A DNA stretch of 64,000 bases, taken from positions 4,814,167 to 4,878,166 of the forward strand of contig MU054001.1 in the NCBI GenBank assembly GCA_013239625.1, written 5' to 3'. The notes under the pieces were generated by a model. That model was given only the letters and a program-made list of their open reading frames with translations, searched no databases and had not been told where the DNA came from. Numbering within the stretch: the stretch's first letter is position 1; each line of letters starts with the position of its first letter. Origin of the DNA: Lama guanicoe (taxonomy: Eukaryota). Positions 12,546 to 24,627 of the stretch are shown here, piece after piece. A program made the position numbers and the translations under genes.

Positions 12546-13139
12546 CTCTTGTCCCATCTCAGAGCTGCAGCAGCAGAGGCTCGGCGAACCCAGTCTTGGC
12601 AGCGTCTGTGCAGGTTCGCTTGGGCTGCAGGACGGCAGCTCAGCACAGGCAAATCCATTCTGCCCACTCCCCGTGTGCCATAGAAAATCATTTTGCACCC
12701 CAAACTGCAAAATTGCCATTTAAAGCAGCCATGTCTGCTCACAGGCGGCTTTGGAGAATCGTTTCAGCCTGAGCTACTGCTCCAGCTGTGCTGGCCCTTT
12801 TCACGGGGCCAGAGGCAGTGAGTGAGTGGAGAGGGGAGGCGGTCACCCTGGCTGGTGCATGGTGGGCAGAGCTGGGAGTGACGCCCACGTCGTTCCCAGG
12901 CCCTGAGCTGGGTTGATCAGATGAGGTGGTCTTGAGGGGGCCGGCGCCCAAACTTGCACACAGTATGCCCCAGGGGGCTGGCCGTGCCCTCGTCCAGAGA
13001 CCCCTGGTCTTCTGAATAGTTTCCTCTGACCTGTCCAACAGCATCAGGCATAAGTATAAAGGTGTTCTGTAGAGGCCAAGGGGAAGGGTGTTTTGGCTCC
13101 TCGACCAACACCCAGAAATAGTACAGAGAGTAGAGCTGT

Positions 13140-13300
13140 GTTCCTGTCCTGGGTCAGCCTCTCGGGAAGCCCCATGACCTTGTGCGAGTTACTTAACTTT
13201 ATTCAGTGTCAATTTCCTCATCTGTAAAATGGGAATAAAAATAACCCCAGCCTCATAGCATCACTGTGATGATCAGTGACTAATTCTATGTGAAGCTGCC
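13140..13300 (+). mobile_element. MIR core
   Basis: tgaccttgtgcgagttacttaact...tttcctcatctgtaaaatgggaataaaaata. Confidence 0.75.
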
Positions 13301-16300
13301 TTAGTTTCAGGTTTGATATGTTATTTACACTGAATTTTTCAAAAAGTGCTTACTTCCAGGAGGCAGTGAGCCTGTGAGGTCCAGGGCCCTGTCATCCTGT
13401 GTCACCAGCATCTAGCCTGTAGTCTGCACTTGGATGCTCAATTTCTGCAGAATGGAAGAGAGATCTGATCTCCCAGGAATTGCTTCTGGGATGTCTGGCT
13501 CCCCCTAGACCGAGCCCAGCAAAGGCAGATGCCCTTACTCCCCGGATCATGCTGCAGGTGGCACCTGGCCCCGTGAGCATTTGTCCACTGGAGCAAGCCT
13601 CCTGCAGAGCCTCTGCCTTCCCCAGGAACGCCCTCCCTGCTTCTGCATGTCAGCACGGGTTCCTCCAAGGCTTTGTCTTCCAGGAAGGAAGCCATTCACT
13701 CATTCACTCTCTCATTCAGCAGGTATCTATTCGAGCACCCACTGTGCGTCAGACACCTGCTAAAGTGATCCTCACCTCCTGTAGAAGGAATTTCTTCCCT
13801 TGTCGCGTTGCCCCAACTCTCATCCCAAGTATTTTATCTATCCCTCTTAAGAAACTGACCTTTCCTGCCCGGTGTGATGTGCACACCTGGCTGATCTCCC
13901 TCCTTGAGGAGACCAGACATTTAAAAAAAACTATCGAAGTATAATGTACATCCAGAAAAGTGCGCGAATTGTAGATGTGCATCTTGGGGAATTTCCAGAA
14001 ACTTTACACAACCAGACCAAGAAGTCGACCCTAACCGCCCTGCTGTAGCTCCTGCGTGCCCCGCCTCCAGCACTGCCTCCCCTCAAGAGCCAGCTGCTGC
14101 CGGCACCTCTGGACCTTTAGAGTGCTTTGTCACTGGAGGCAATTCAAAGGCGGGATATGTGTCCCTGTGTCCCCTGGACCGCCCAGCACAATCCCTGGCA
14201 TTGGTTGACGGAACAAATGGATGGATGGATCAAATAGTGCAGGGATGAGAATAATGATGATATTAATATAATAACGGCTGACAGAAGTTGGATTCTCCCA
14301 GCCTGTTCTAATCAGTGCTTTACGGGGCTGCCCCGTCTGGTCCTACTGAGATTCAGAGAGGTCAGTGATTTGCCCAAGGTCGGCCAGCCGGTGAGTGGCG
14401 GTCACTATGACCCGGGTCTGTCCGGCCTGAATCTGGAGCTGGCACTCTGAACCGCACTTCCCGCTGGTTTACAGCCCTGGGCAGTCCTTTCTCTGCTGGG
14501 CCAGCTGGACACAGACTCAGCGGGCAACCGAGCTGAGCCGTCCTTGGCGGGCGAGCTGCCGGTTCCTCGCCGCCTCTGCCCACCCGCCGGGCGCCCATTC
14601 CTCCCGGGCTGCGCTGAGCCTTCTGTGTGCCTCTCCAAAGGACAGGGCATATTTCTTCCCAACCCTCTGAAGACCCAGCCCGCACTGGAGGGCTTCATCA
14701 TTATGCAAATTAGCTGGATTGGATCTGCTCCCGCAGAGGACTCCGGGGGGCGGCAGAAGGACAGAGCTGTCTCCAGAGCGCTGGATGGAGCCTCAGATTA
14801 GGCCAGTCGATGGGTGGGGGGACCGGGCTGGGGGGCGGGCACGGAGACCGGGCTGGTGCCAATGATTTGCCACCCTGGGGAGGCTGCCAGGGGTGGGGGG
14901 CTGGGAACACTCCCGGGGCGGGGGGAGAGCTGCCTCAGGCTGGGCCAGGCCCACCTTCCAGCATTGTTGTCGAAGATGACACTGAAGGAAGACATTCTTT
15001 TTGGATTTACTCTTTGTGAATTGAGCCCTTTTATGATTCATCAGTAAGTAAATATCAGCTGAGGGGTGATTTGTTTCTAACAAGCTTATAAAATACTGGC
15101 GTCATTTGTGGGCTTATTGGAGTGCTGATTATAAACACTCCCCCATGCCCACTCCTCTATGTCAGATTAGCATTCAAAATACAAATACTGGATCTTTGGA
15201 TCACTTTCTGCTGCCTCTGGAAGCTGGCGGGATGGGAAGGGGCAGCAGTGGGACCCCAGCCTGGGACGAGGAGCATTGAGAGTTCCCTTGAAGACTTGAG
15301 GGTGGAGGGGAGGGGCCCCCGCTGGGCCCTCTGGAGGGCGGGGCCACAAGGCCCTGTGAGCCCAGCTGCTCCTCCGACCCTTCTCCTGCCAAGTTTCCTC
15401 TGACCCAGCTCCTCCCGGCCCACAGAGCCTGTCATCTTCAATCTCACGGAGGATGCAGAGCTGGGCAGGCTGCATCTGGCCTGACAGGCCCCGGGAGCTG
15501 CCGCCTCCCCTGTGGGCCGGGCCCAGCCTGGACCCAGGCCGAGGCAGCCATTGCTAAGAATTTCTGAGTGTTTGTAGGGGTCGCCACACACCAGCCTCCT
15601 CGGGAAGGGTCGTGAGCCTCCGGCATCTCTCGCTCACTTGGAACCTCACCTCCTGTCTCCACACACCTCCCAGCCTCTGGTTTTGTGGTCGTGGGGCCGA
15701 TCAGGTGGACCTCCCCTTGGCCCTGAGGCCTGAGCCTGCAGTGGATCCCACCAGCTCCCCCAGCGTGGGAATGGGTGGTCGCGCACACCTTTCCAAAGCC
15801 GCTTCACAGCCGCAGGAAAGCACTGGTGCTTGTGAGAGCCTAGCCGGTTCACTCCGAGCTCTACAAAGGCCTCTGCCCCTTCATCCCCGTTTTACAGATG
15901 GGGAGACTGGGTGCACAGAGGGAAATTCACCAGGACACACAATGGCAGAACCCAGACTTGGAAAGTGGCCTCTCCATCCCACCTGACAGGTGATGGAATC
16001 AGGTCTAGGTGAGAGGGACTGATTTGCCCTCATGGAGGTGGGGACCGGGGAGCGGGGACCAGCAGGCAGTGAGAAGCTGCCTGAAATGAAGCGTGGGGCT
16101 GCCGCCCAGAGTCTCTGATGAGAACCCCAGAGTAGGGCCTGAGTGGGGCCAGGGAAATCCCTGGTCTAATCACCTCGCCTCACAAATGGGGACACCAGGG
16201 CCAGAGAGGGGACAGTCATTGCTGCCGTTGTCCTAATCGTTACTCAGTGTATGAAAACCTTTGTGTACTTAAAAAAGCTTTTATTCTATTTATTACAAAA

Positions 16301-16335
16301 GCTGTCCGTGCTCATTGCAGGAAAACTAGAAAATA

Positions 16336-16688
16336 TAGGTGGCCCTGCATATCCGTGGGTTCCACATCCATGGATTCAACCAACTGGGGATGGAAAATGA
16401 TTTGGAAAAAAAATTCCAGAAAGCTCCAAAAAGCAAAACTTGAATGTGTTGGGCCCCAACAACTATTTACATAGTGTCTACATTGTACGCACAACTATTC
16501 ACAGAGCATTTACATTACATTTACATTATACATCCCTGATCTGGAGATGACTCACAGTTTACAGGAGGATGGACAGTGGTGATATGCAAATCCTAGGCCA
16601 TTTTTTTATAAGGGACTTGAGCATCTGAGGATTTCGGTATCCGTGGGGGTCCTGGAACCAATACCCTGGGGGTTCTGAGGGACGTCTG
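16336..16688 (-). mobile_element. MER2/MER2B-like TcMar-Tigger non-autonomous DNA transposon
   Basis: TA at 16334-35 and 16689-90; decayed terminal inverted repeats (taggtggccctgcatatcc ... gagggacgtctg); internal aagggacttgagcatctgaggatttcggtatcc and ggattcaaccaac motifs. Confidence 0.85.
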
Positions 16689-19600
16689 TACAGCCAGGCC
16701 AGGATAAGGAAACCATATCCTGCCATCCAGAGATGACTCTCCATCGCCTTTGCGTGTCCTTTCAGCAGTTTTTTCAATAAGCACAACTAATATAGTTACA
16801 CCCCCTCCTCTTCTTCCCAAAACAAGACTGTGTTGAGTACCTGCTTTTCTTCATTTCCACTTAACTGCATGTGAGGTGGGAGACTGGAAGAACAAAGCCA
16901 TACGCTGTCCGATCAGAGGAGGTTCTCTGGTCCACGGGCCTGTGGACAGGGATGCATTTTGTTTGTCTCTAGAGAATCCCCTCCCACCGAGCACTGGCTA
17001 CTCCCAGGCTGTGGGGGTGGTGGTGGTAACGGGTGTGAGTGTGCTGATGGGGAGGGGGAGCTCTCGGGGGCAGTGGGCGGGGGTCCTGTACAGGCTGGAG
17101 ATGAGGGGCGGATGGCAGGACACCCTCCTGTCTGGGTGGGAGCCTGAACTGTGCTCTGAGGACAGCTCGCTGTTGGCAGGGAGGCACAGAGGGCATTCCG
17201 CGGGAGGGCCTGGCCCATGGAGGTGAGCTCTGTTGTGATCTGGGCGGAAGGCCACCTGGACCCCCATTTTCACACTGGACGCCCGTCCCACCAACACACA
17301 CACACACAGCCCTCTGCAGGCGTATGGGATTCCTTCTTTTGTCTGCTCAGGACTAGGAGAAGGGAGCCATCCAGATGGAGGCTAGGATGGGTCAGGTACT
17401 GTCCTGCCTGGGGGAGTCTTTTTGGAGACACACTCTTGATTTTGGAACCAGAATTCAAGATACTTCCCTAGAATCTGGCTTCTGGTTTCTGAATTGTCAT
17501 TAAGGTTGGGCCCCAGTGCCTTTGGGATGGAATAAAGCACGTGGCAAAGGTAGAGATAGCGGCTTTGGATTTCTTCCCTCCCCGCGGCCCCACCCCAGAT
17601 CTGAGGTTGAAATTATGGGTGGGGTTGGGCCTTTGCTGTAATGGGAGGTCTGTATTGAGAACTCCTTTAATCTGTAGGAACTGGTTCTGGAGGAGTGTGT
17701 GTGTGTCCATCTCCTGGTCATGTCCAGTGAGGACAGAGGTGCCCTCTAACCAGACCAAGTCTTTCAACAGCAGGGGGGCCCTGTGTCCTCACACCGAGCC
17801 TCTGTGGAGCGGCTCCTGCGTCCTGGGCCCTGGGTCAGCGAGGCTGTGATGTGACAAGTGAGGAAGACCGAGGGCTCTCGTGTAGGCCTGGCTGGGCTGC
17901 TGGACACCCGACTCCTGCCAGCTCCTCCCTCTACAGAGACCGCCAACCTTCTGTCTCCCCTAGAGCTCTGCTCCTCCCACCCCAGGGGTCCTAAACGGCC
18001 TGATTTGGGACATTTTCAGGCTTTCTGGGTGACTGGATCATCACACATGGCATATCCCTTCACCTGACCTCCCAAAGTCCTTACTCCAAAGCAGCTTGGG
18101 GTCACAGTGTCTCAGTGTCCTGGTGCCCCAGGGCCTCACCCAGCACCTGACGCAGTCAGCAGTAGTGGTGGTGGTGGTGATAATGACAACACTGCTGCTT
18201 CGAGGCCTGTCCTCCCTGACAACAGCCCAGTGAGGTCTGTACTCTGACGGTCCTCATTTCACGTTTGGGGCCCAGGGAGGTTCAGTCACTCATCCAAGAC
18301 CCCACAGCTAGTAGGAGGCAGGAGGGGCATTTGAACTGTGACTCTGAGGCTACACTTCTCTCCATGTGCTGTGCTGGCTGAGTGCAGCCAGTGAGCAAGC
18401 GAGGGGCTGTGTCCAGCCCCGAGAACAGCATCTGTCTTGGAGCAGACTGGGGCCTGCTCCATCACCATCCGGCGTGCTAGGGGTACTCGCTCCTAAGCAC
18501 GTGGAGGGTATCTATGGACCCAAAGCCCTACGTCCGGGTCAGCATTGAGCATGGAGCCCCCACCTGACTAGTCCAGGGAGGTGTCCACAGCCATGAGGGA
18601 GGAGGGTATGAATCTATTCACCAACCAAAGTATTAGCATGAATTGGACACCTCGTGTTTGGCTTCATTAGAAACACCAGACAAGTAAAAAGAATGGCTGG
18701 TTTTGTCCTCAGAGAATTTATTAGCCAGGACTGTTTGGGTTGCAAGGGACAGTAAGTCAAGTTAGCTTAAGCAAAGAGAAGTATTTTGGGGAAGATCCCT
18801 TTTTATTTCACATAACTGTGGATGGCTTTGGATGCAACTGGAACCAGAGACTGGAATGCCTGTGTAGGACTTTCTCTTGGAAAATCGTGGTTGGAAGGAC
18901 AGAGGCACAACACCCAGAACTGTTTGAATAAAGGTGCAGAGTCAGGCATAAGCAGGGCCCTGAGGTGTTGTTGAAAGTAGGGGAGCTGGTTAGTTGGAGC
19001 CCGGGCTGTCTAGCTCTGTACTGGGAGAATGGGAGCCATGCAGGCTCTGGAAGAAGAGTGAAATGACGGCCATCGAGCCTGGGGAGGGTTATCCAGTCGG
19101 TGTGTGCTGGATGGACTGAGGTGGGAGAGACCCGAGCAGGCGTGGTGAGGCGGGACCAGGAGGATGGAGAGCAGAGGGTGAATTGCCCGGCGCTGATACG
19201 CTGTTTCACGAAGCAGGAAACATCTTTTCCAAAAAGCAGGAAGGCTAGATGCCAGCCGGAGCAGTACGGAGGGCCGTCCTCCTGCCACGGTGCGTGAGTC
19301 TCAAGCTGCCTGCATCTCTTCACCGCTAATGGCAGCTGTTCCGCTTGCTGGGCCAGCGTGGAGAGTGGAGGGCTGCGTGGGGGCAGCCTCCACCCCCGCT
19401 CCCCAACCTCTCAGCAGTTAGCCCGCTTCCCTCCTTCTGTACAGGCTGCCATCCCCTGCCCTTCTGGGGCTGGAGGCTGGCAGGGGCTGTCAGTTACCTG
19501 CCTCCCAGGCTGGGAATGGTGGGTGGGATGGGAGCCGATCCCAGGCTTCAAGGGCCTGCTGGGCGGGTGGTGGACAGAGCTGGCTGTGGGCAGAGGCAGA

Positions 19601-20794
19601 CTGGCTGGCCTCTGGGAGCTGGGCTGTGGGCCTAAGCTGCCTAGAGACGGTGGACCCCCACCTGGTCTCTGGGTGCTGGCCCCAAACCATCCCAGATAAC
19701 CATCTGGGAGAGCTCAGTTCTGGGATCCAGCAAACACATGTTAATGTCAGAGGTGAACTTGGGAAATCCAAGAGGCCTCATTGCGTCTCCATTTGGGTCG
19801 GTTGGAGAAAGAAAGGCGGGACCACTGTGCCTGCCCTCAAGAAGGTGCTGTTTTGGTGGCGGTGGCTGGGAAGCCGGAGAGGGAGGAGAGTGGACAGAGG
19901 AAAGTTCCACCTAAGAAAATGCTGTAGAGGACGGGGCTGCGACTCCGGGCTTTGCCATCTCCTGGGGCTTTTCAGCCGCCAGAAGCAGAGCTGCTCCCCC
20001 AGTGCAGCTCAATGCTGGTATTATGATGAGGATCATGTGACGACAACGTGAAGGCTGCAGCATTTATTTGAATGTATTCATTTATTTCTTGTGGCCTTTG
20101 AACATCCAATTGTAGCTTCAGTTTTCATTTTACTCGGGTCACAGAAAAACCTGGTTCTTTGACATGCAGAAGCAGAATGAAGAAGCCACACAGCACAGTT
20201 AAGCATTACAAGGGGAGCGGTTGCTTCCTTCGCAAGCAGCGGGGCTGAGCTGTGTAAAGGTGGGAATCCCTGCATCCCTCGTTCCTTCTCTTGGCCTTGA
20301 CCACCCACAGGTATCCTCCGCCTGCTGACATTCTGCTGCCTCTTGGGGAGACGCAGGGAGCGGGGGACGCGGGTTGCTCAGTGGTGGTGCCAGGTGGGCT
20401 CTAGACGAGCCAGTGATTCCTCTTTAGTGACCCATCTCACAACCTATTGATCCAAAGTCACCCAGTTGTCTGGACTATGCCCTTCAGAGAAACTTCATTA
20501 CTCTCGAATGCTCCTGCATTCTTATCTGCCGTGGAGAAAGTGACCACATGATTATCAGGGTAGAGGTTTAAGCTGAAGGTCAAAAAAGTTCACATCTGAG
20601 CATTTCCCACACAGGGCAATTGTAACAGGCAAAATGGACGAGGCACTCTTTACAACATTTGGAAACATACATACCACGATTCAATAAATATTGATCAAGT
20701 GCATGCTATGTTATACACATGGTTGAAGGTTCTGGGATTACAATGTTGAGCAAGACAGGGAGAGCCCTTGCCCTCACCTTGCTAGCATTCTGCA

Positions 20795-20978
20795 CAGTGC
20801 TAGCCAATAGAACTTTCTGCCAGGATGGAAATGTTCTATGCTGTCCAAATCGGTAGCCACTAACCACATTGCTGTTGAACACTTGAAATGTGGAACTGAA
20901 TTTTTCATATTATTCACCTTTAATTAATTTTGATTCAAATAGCTACTTGTGGCTTCTGACGACCGTATTAAACAGTAT
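20795..20978. mobile_element. MER3 hAT-Charlie DNA transposon
   Basis: ccaatagaactttctgccaggatggaaatgttctat...gtagccactaaccac...cacttgaaatgtgg...aatagctacttgtggct. Confidence 0.85.
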
Positions 20979-23744
20979 ACATCGAGCAGATACATCCTTT
21001 TTACAACTTTGCAATAGAAATCAGTCACTATTTTCTAGTCTTGTCACTTGTTTCCCCCCAGGATGTCGCTGAGGACCGGGGGTGTCTGGCTAACATGGTC
21101 GGAGGGGAGGAAGTGGTGAATTGCAGTTTCCAGGCTGAGCACCAGATCTTCTTGCTCCAAGAATCAGGAGCTGCAGGGACAACTTGGGGTTTACTTGGGT
21201 GGAAAACTTTTAAAAAATGGTGCTACCTGCCTTCTGCACGGGTGCACTGGGTTTGCGTGCACGTGGGTAGCTGTCTGATTTTTTGATGCATTACTGTTGC
21301 TCATTTAAAAAAAATGATCTTGGTAGGGGAAGGAAACGGCGGCAGCCACACAGAAAACCCTTGGAGTGGAAGCCGGGGTAATTCATGTGTCCCTGACAGG
21401 GTCGGTGACAATAAGGGTTTTGCAGCCTGCCTATCACGTTAATTGTATGCTATTAGAGGCCGTTAATCTGAGGATTATTAACATGATGGATTTTTAAGCA
21501 GTTGCCTTGTTGTGGAAAACTTGAATCTGAAGATCAGAGCTATATATCGGCAGGCGTTTGGTGTGTTAAGGAAGAAAAAGCTATTTGTTTTCACCCAGTG
21601 GGTCCCCAGGGGATGTAACAGAATCTTCACCTTCTGAGGGTGGTGGTCTTTTGCAGGTGTGTGTGTAGGGGGTACGGGAGGAGGGCAACGGAACACCTTC
21701 ATCAGTAGGATGTCCCAAGCCCCCAAAGTCCCAAGTTCTAGAAGTTTGGACTCTTTAGATCTCCAAGTGTTCTCTCTCCTTTGAGTTCTCGTTGAAGGCC
21801 CACTGCTCTGTCTGCGGTCGATTTGATCATTCTCTCATTCATTTGCTATCTTCCCTTAAAGTAGCCGAGACAGGCACCTCCCATGTGTTGGTGACCTGTC
21901 CAGGGCCCAGTTGGTGCCTTTTCTTTTGTCCAAGACGACCAGTCACCATGTCCTGAAGGTCACAAGCTGCTCAGACTGCTGAGAGGCCCTGTCTCTGTCA
22001 GCTGCCGGCTGAAGTACGCCAGCAAGGGCCCTCTGCAAAGATGGTGTGTTTTCTCACTCACCATCTGGGGCTGGGGTCCCTGGCAGCATGGAAGCGGATC
22101 GTACAGCCGGAAGGAGCTCCCCTCCACCGAAGACCCCATCCAGCTGGGCCAGCCTCAGTTTGAGATTCTTAGAGCACTGGGGCCCATAGGGTGGGAGCGC
22201 TCTGCATGGGTCCAGCTATGAGGAAGGGCTGGCCTTCCTAGGGGGTGATGTGCATGAACCTGAGTCATATCCTCATCTCTGGCCCTGCTTTGACCTCCAT
22301 AGAAATCCCACTGAGTTTTAAGAGAAAGGAACTAAGAAAGGAACCAGGAAGAAATAGGATGCTCCAGTCACAGGAGCATCTGAGGGGTGATGGGGTGAAC
22401 TCCTGTGGCCAGAAACAGGGGGCTGCAGCGAGCCATAGCTGAGCAGAAGGGTGTGAAATCTGGGCACAACTTCTGCCGTCGCTAGTATGGAGGCTGGTGT
22501 GGAGGTGGAAGAGGAGGGAGACAGGGAAGCTGAGACAGAGGCATCTTGCAGGTGGATGTAAGATTGATTGTGTGCCTGGCACGTGCGGGTGCTGTTTAAG
22601 GGCTCTTTAAGCGTTTCCTGGAGGTGGGTTCCACTGCCTTGGTGACCCCCTCGGAGGACTTGTGTTACAGAAGAGACTGAGCCTGGAGGGAAAGTGCCAA
22701 GCCCAGAGTCCCCCTCGGCATCTCCGATGGAGCCAGGAATATTCTCCAAACTGCCTAGTTCTCAGCCACGATTTTTTCCCCACTCTGCAAGAAGCTCATC
22801 TTGATGGCACAAGGGTGAGTGAGGGGCAGGCCGTCGAACTGTCCTGTTTGCTATGATGGGAAGTCTCGAGGGGATTTTACCCTGAATCATGCTCAGGCTT
22901 AACTGACCCCCAGCTAAGATCCATCTGACGTGGCTCTTGGGAGCAGTCGGTCAATGGAACCATCTGGAGTCTTCTGATTTGGGTTTCGGAGGAGGAGACA
23001 GTGAGCGAGTACTTGTAACTTAGGATAGCAGAGTCCTGGAGACCAGCCTTGTCCAGATGGCCGTATCGACACGGGCACCCCAGGGTGAGTCCACGGGTGG
23101 CTGAGCCGGCCAAGCCTTCCGGGGTGTGGGACTAGGAGGGAGGGCCTGCAGTTGTCCCCCTCAGCTTGTTTTCCCAGAACCCCACATCAGCACCTCCCCC
23201 AGGTGCAGACAGTGGTGCACATCTAGCTGGCATCCCTGTCCAGCCTCATGGCTGGGAACAGGCTTCTGGCAGAAAGGAGCCTCTTCCGACCCTGGAATAA
23301 AGCCAAGCAGCCTAGTGATCTAGCCAGGCTGAAACGACATGCCTGAGTAGCAGACGAGAGGCCATTGCAGAGCCCAACTCCTTTGGTGGACTTCTACCGG
23401 GTGGCAAGAGAGTCCAGTGCTTCCGGCAAGAGTGACGGGAGGGGCTTGGGGGAGGGTAACACTTTCCGCCCTTGCACAGGGCTACCTTCTGCTGAGATAG
23501 GGGATTCAGCCTCCCCTTTCCCCACCATCCAGCAGCCTCTGTTCGGACATGCCACGTTGGTTTATTGTGGTGTCGGCTTCCTTGTTGAAGGGGAATGTTG
23601 GTAGGTACCTGGGTAAATAAGTATAAATAGTTTTCTTTCTGATATGTGACCGGATTATTTTCCAGTTGATTTCAAGCCTTGGCCCCAAGTGGCCCACAGA
23701 TCAAAAAAAGATAAGGGTCAGTTACAAGGTTGAGCTCATTCTCC

Positions 23745-23758
23745 GTTGCCATGGCAAC
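23745..23758. promoter_or_regulatory. RFX X-box, perfect palindrome
   Basis: GTTGCCATGGCAAC. Confidence 0.6.
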
Positions 23759-24469
23759 TGACCTCAGGCAACCCTCGGAGGACTACACCCAGCTCCCCAG
23801 GTGATATTTTTACTGTCCACGCCATCAATCCCAAGCCTTTCAAAACTCAGACTGCCTAATTGTCAGGGCTCTGTTTTGAAGAGGCTCCGGGTCCCCTGTG
23901 GGGCCCTGGTTTAGGCTGCCAGAGCTCATTTATAAGCCTTTCTGAAACACAGGGGACCGTGAGATGGGTCCCTCCTGGCCAGAGAGGCCTGGGAAGGTGC
24001 CCCTGCAGGGAGGAGGAAGGGCACAGCCCATCCTCCAGGATTAATTAGGAAAATGGGAACCTAAAATGGGGGCAGCCATGGTGGGGAGTGCCTTCAAGCA
24101 ATGGCTAGGTGTTCTTGAGTGATGGGAGGAACCGGGCAGCCCGGGGCACCCTGGCACTGGGGGGCTGGGGCAGTGGAGATGCCGAGGTGGCTTGGGGGAG
24201 TGTCAGCCACCCACCCCGAGAGTCTCCAGCAGCCCCACCAAAGTCACCCACATGATGTCCATCCCAGTCGTGATACCAGGAAAGTGTTTCCCATTGTTGA
24301 GGATTTCTCAGTCTTCTATAAAATGTGAACAAAAATCGACCATAGAAAACTTTCTTCCTCTTTAAAGATCTGAAACATACAATCTTGGTGAAGGCAGTAC
24401 GAACCTACAGCTTCCTGACACCAGGATTCCGACAAGATTGGCATCCCCAGAAGCTCTTTTATAGAGCTC

Positions 24470-24627
24470 AATGCTCCCCATTGAAAGCACACCCAGATCA
24501 CTGGGGTCACCTTTAAAATGCAGGTAATCATTCTGCAGGTCTAGGGTGGGACCCGAGTCTGCATTTCTAACCCGCTCCCAGGTGAGGCCAGGGCTGCTGG
24601 TCTGGGGCCACACCTTGCCCAGCAGGG
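24470..24627. mobile_element. MER5A-like hAT-Charlie fragment
   Basis: aggtctagggtgggacccgagtctgcatttctaac...ctcccaggtga...gctgctggtctggggccacac. Confidence 0.7.
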
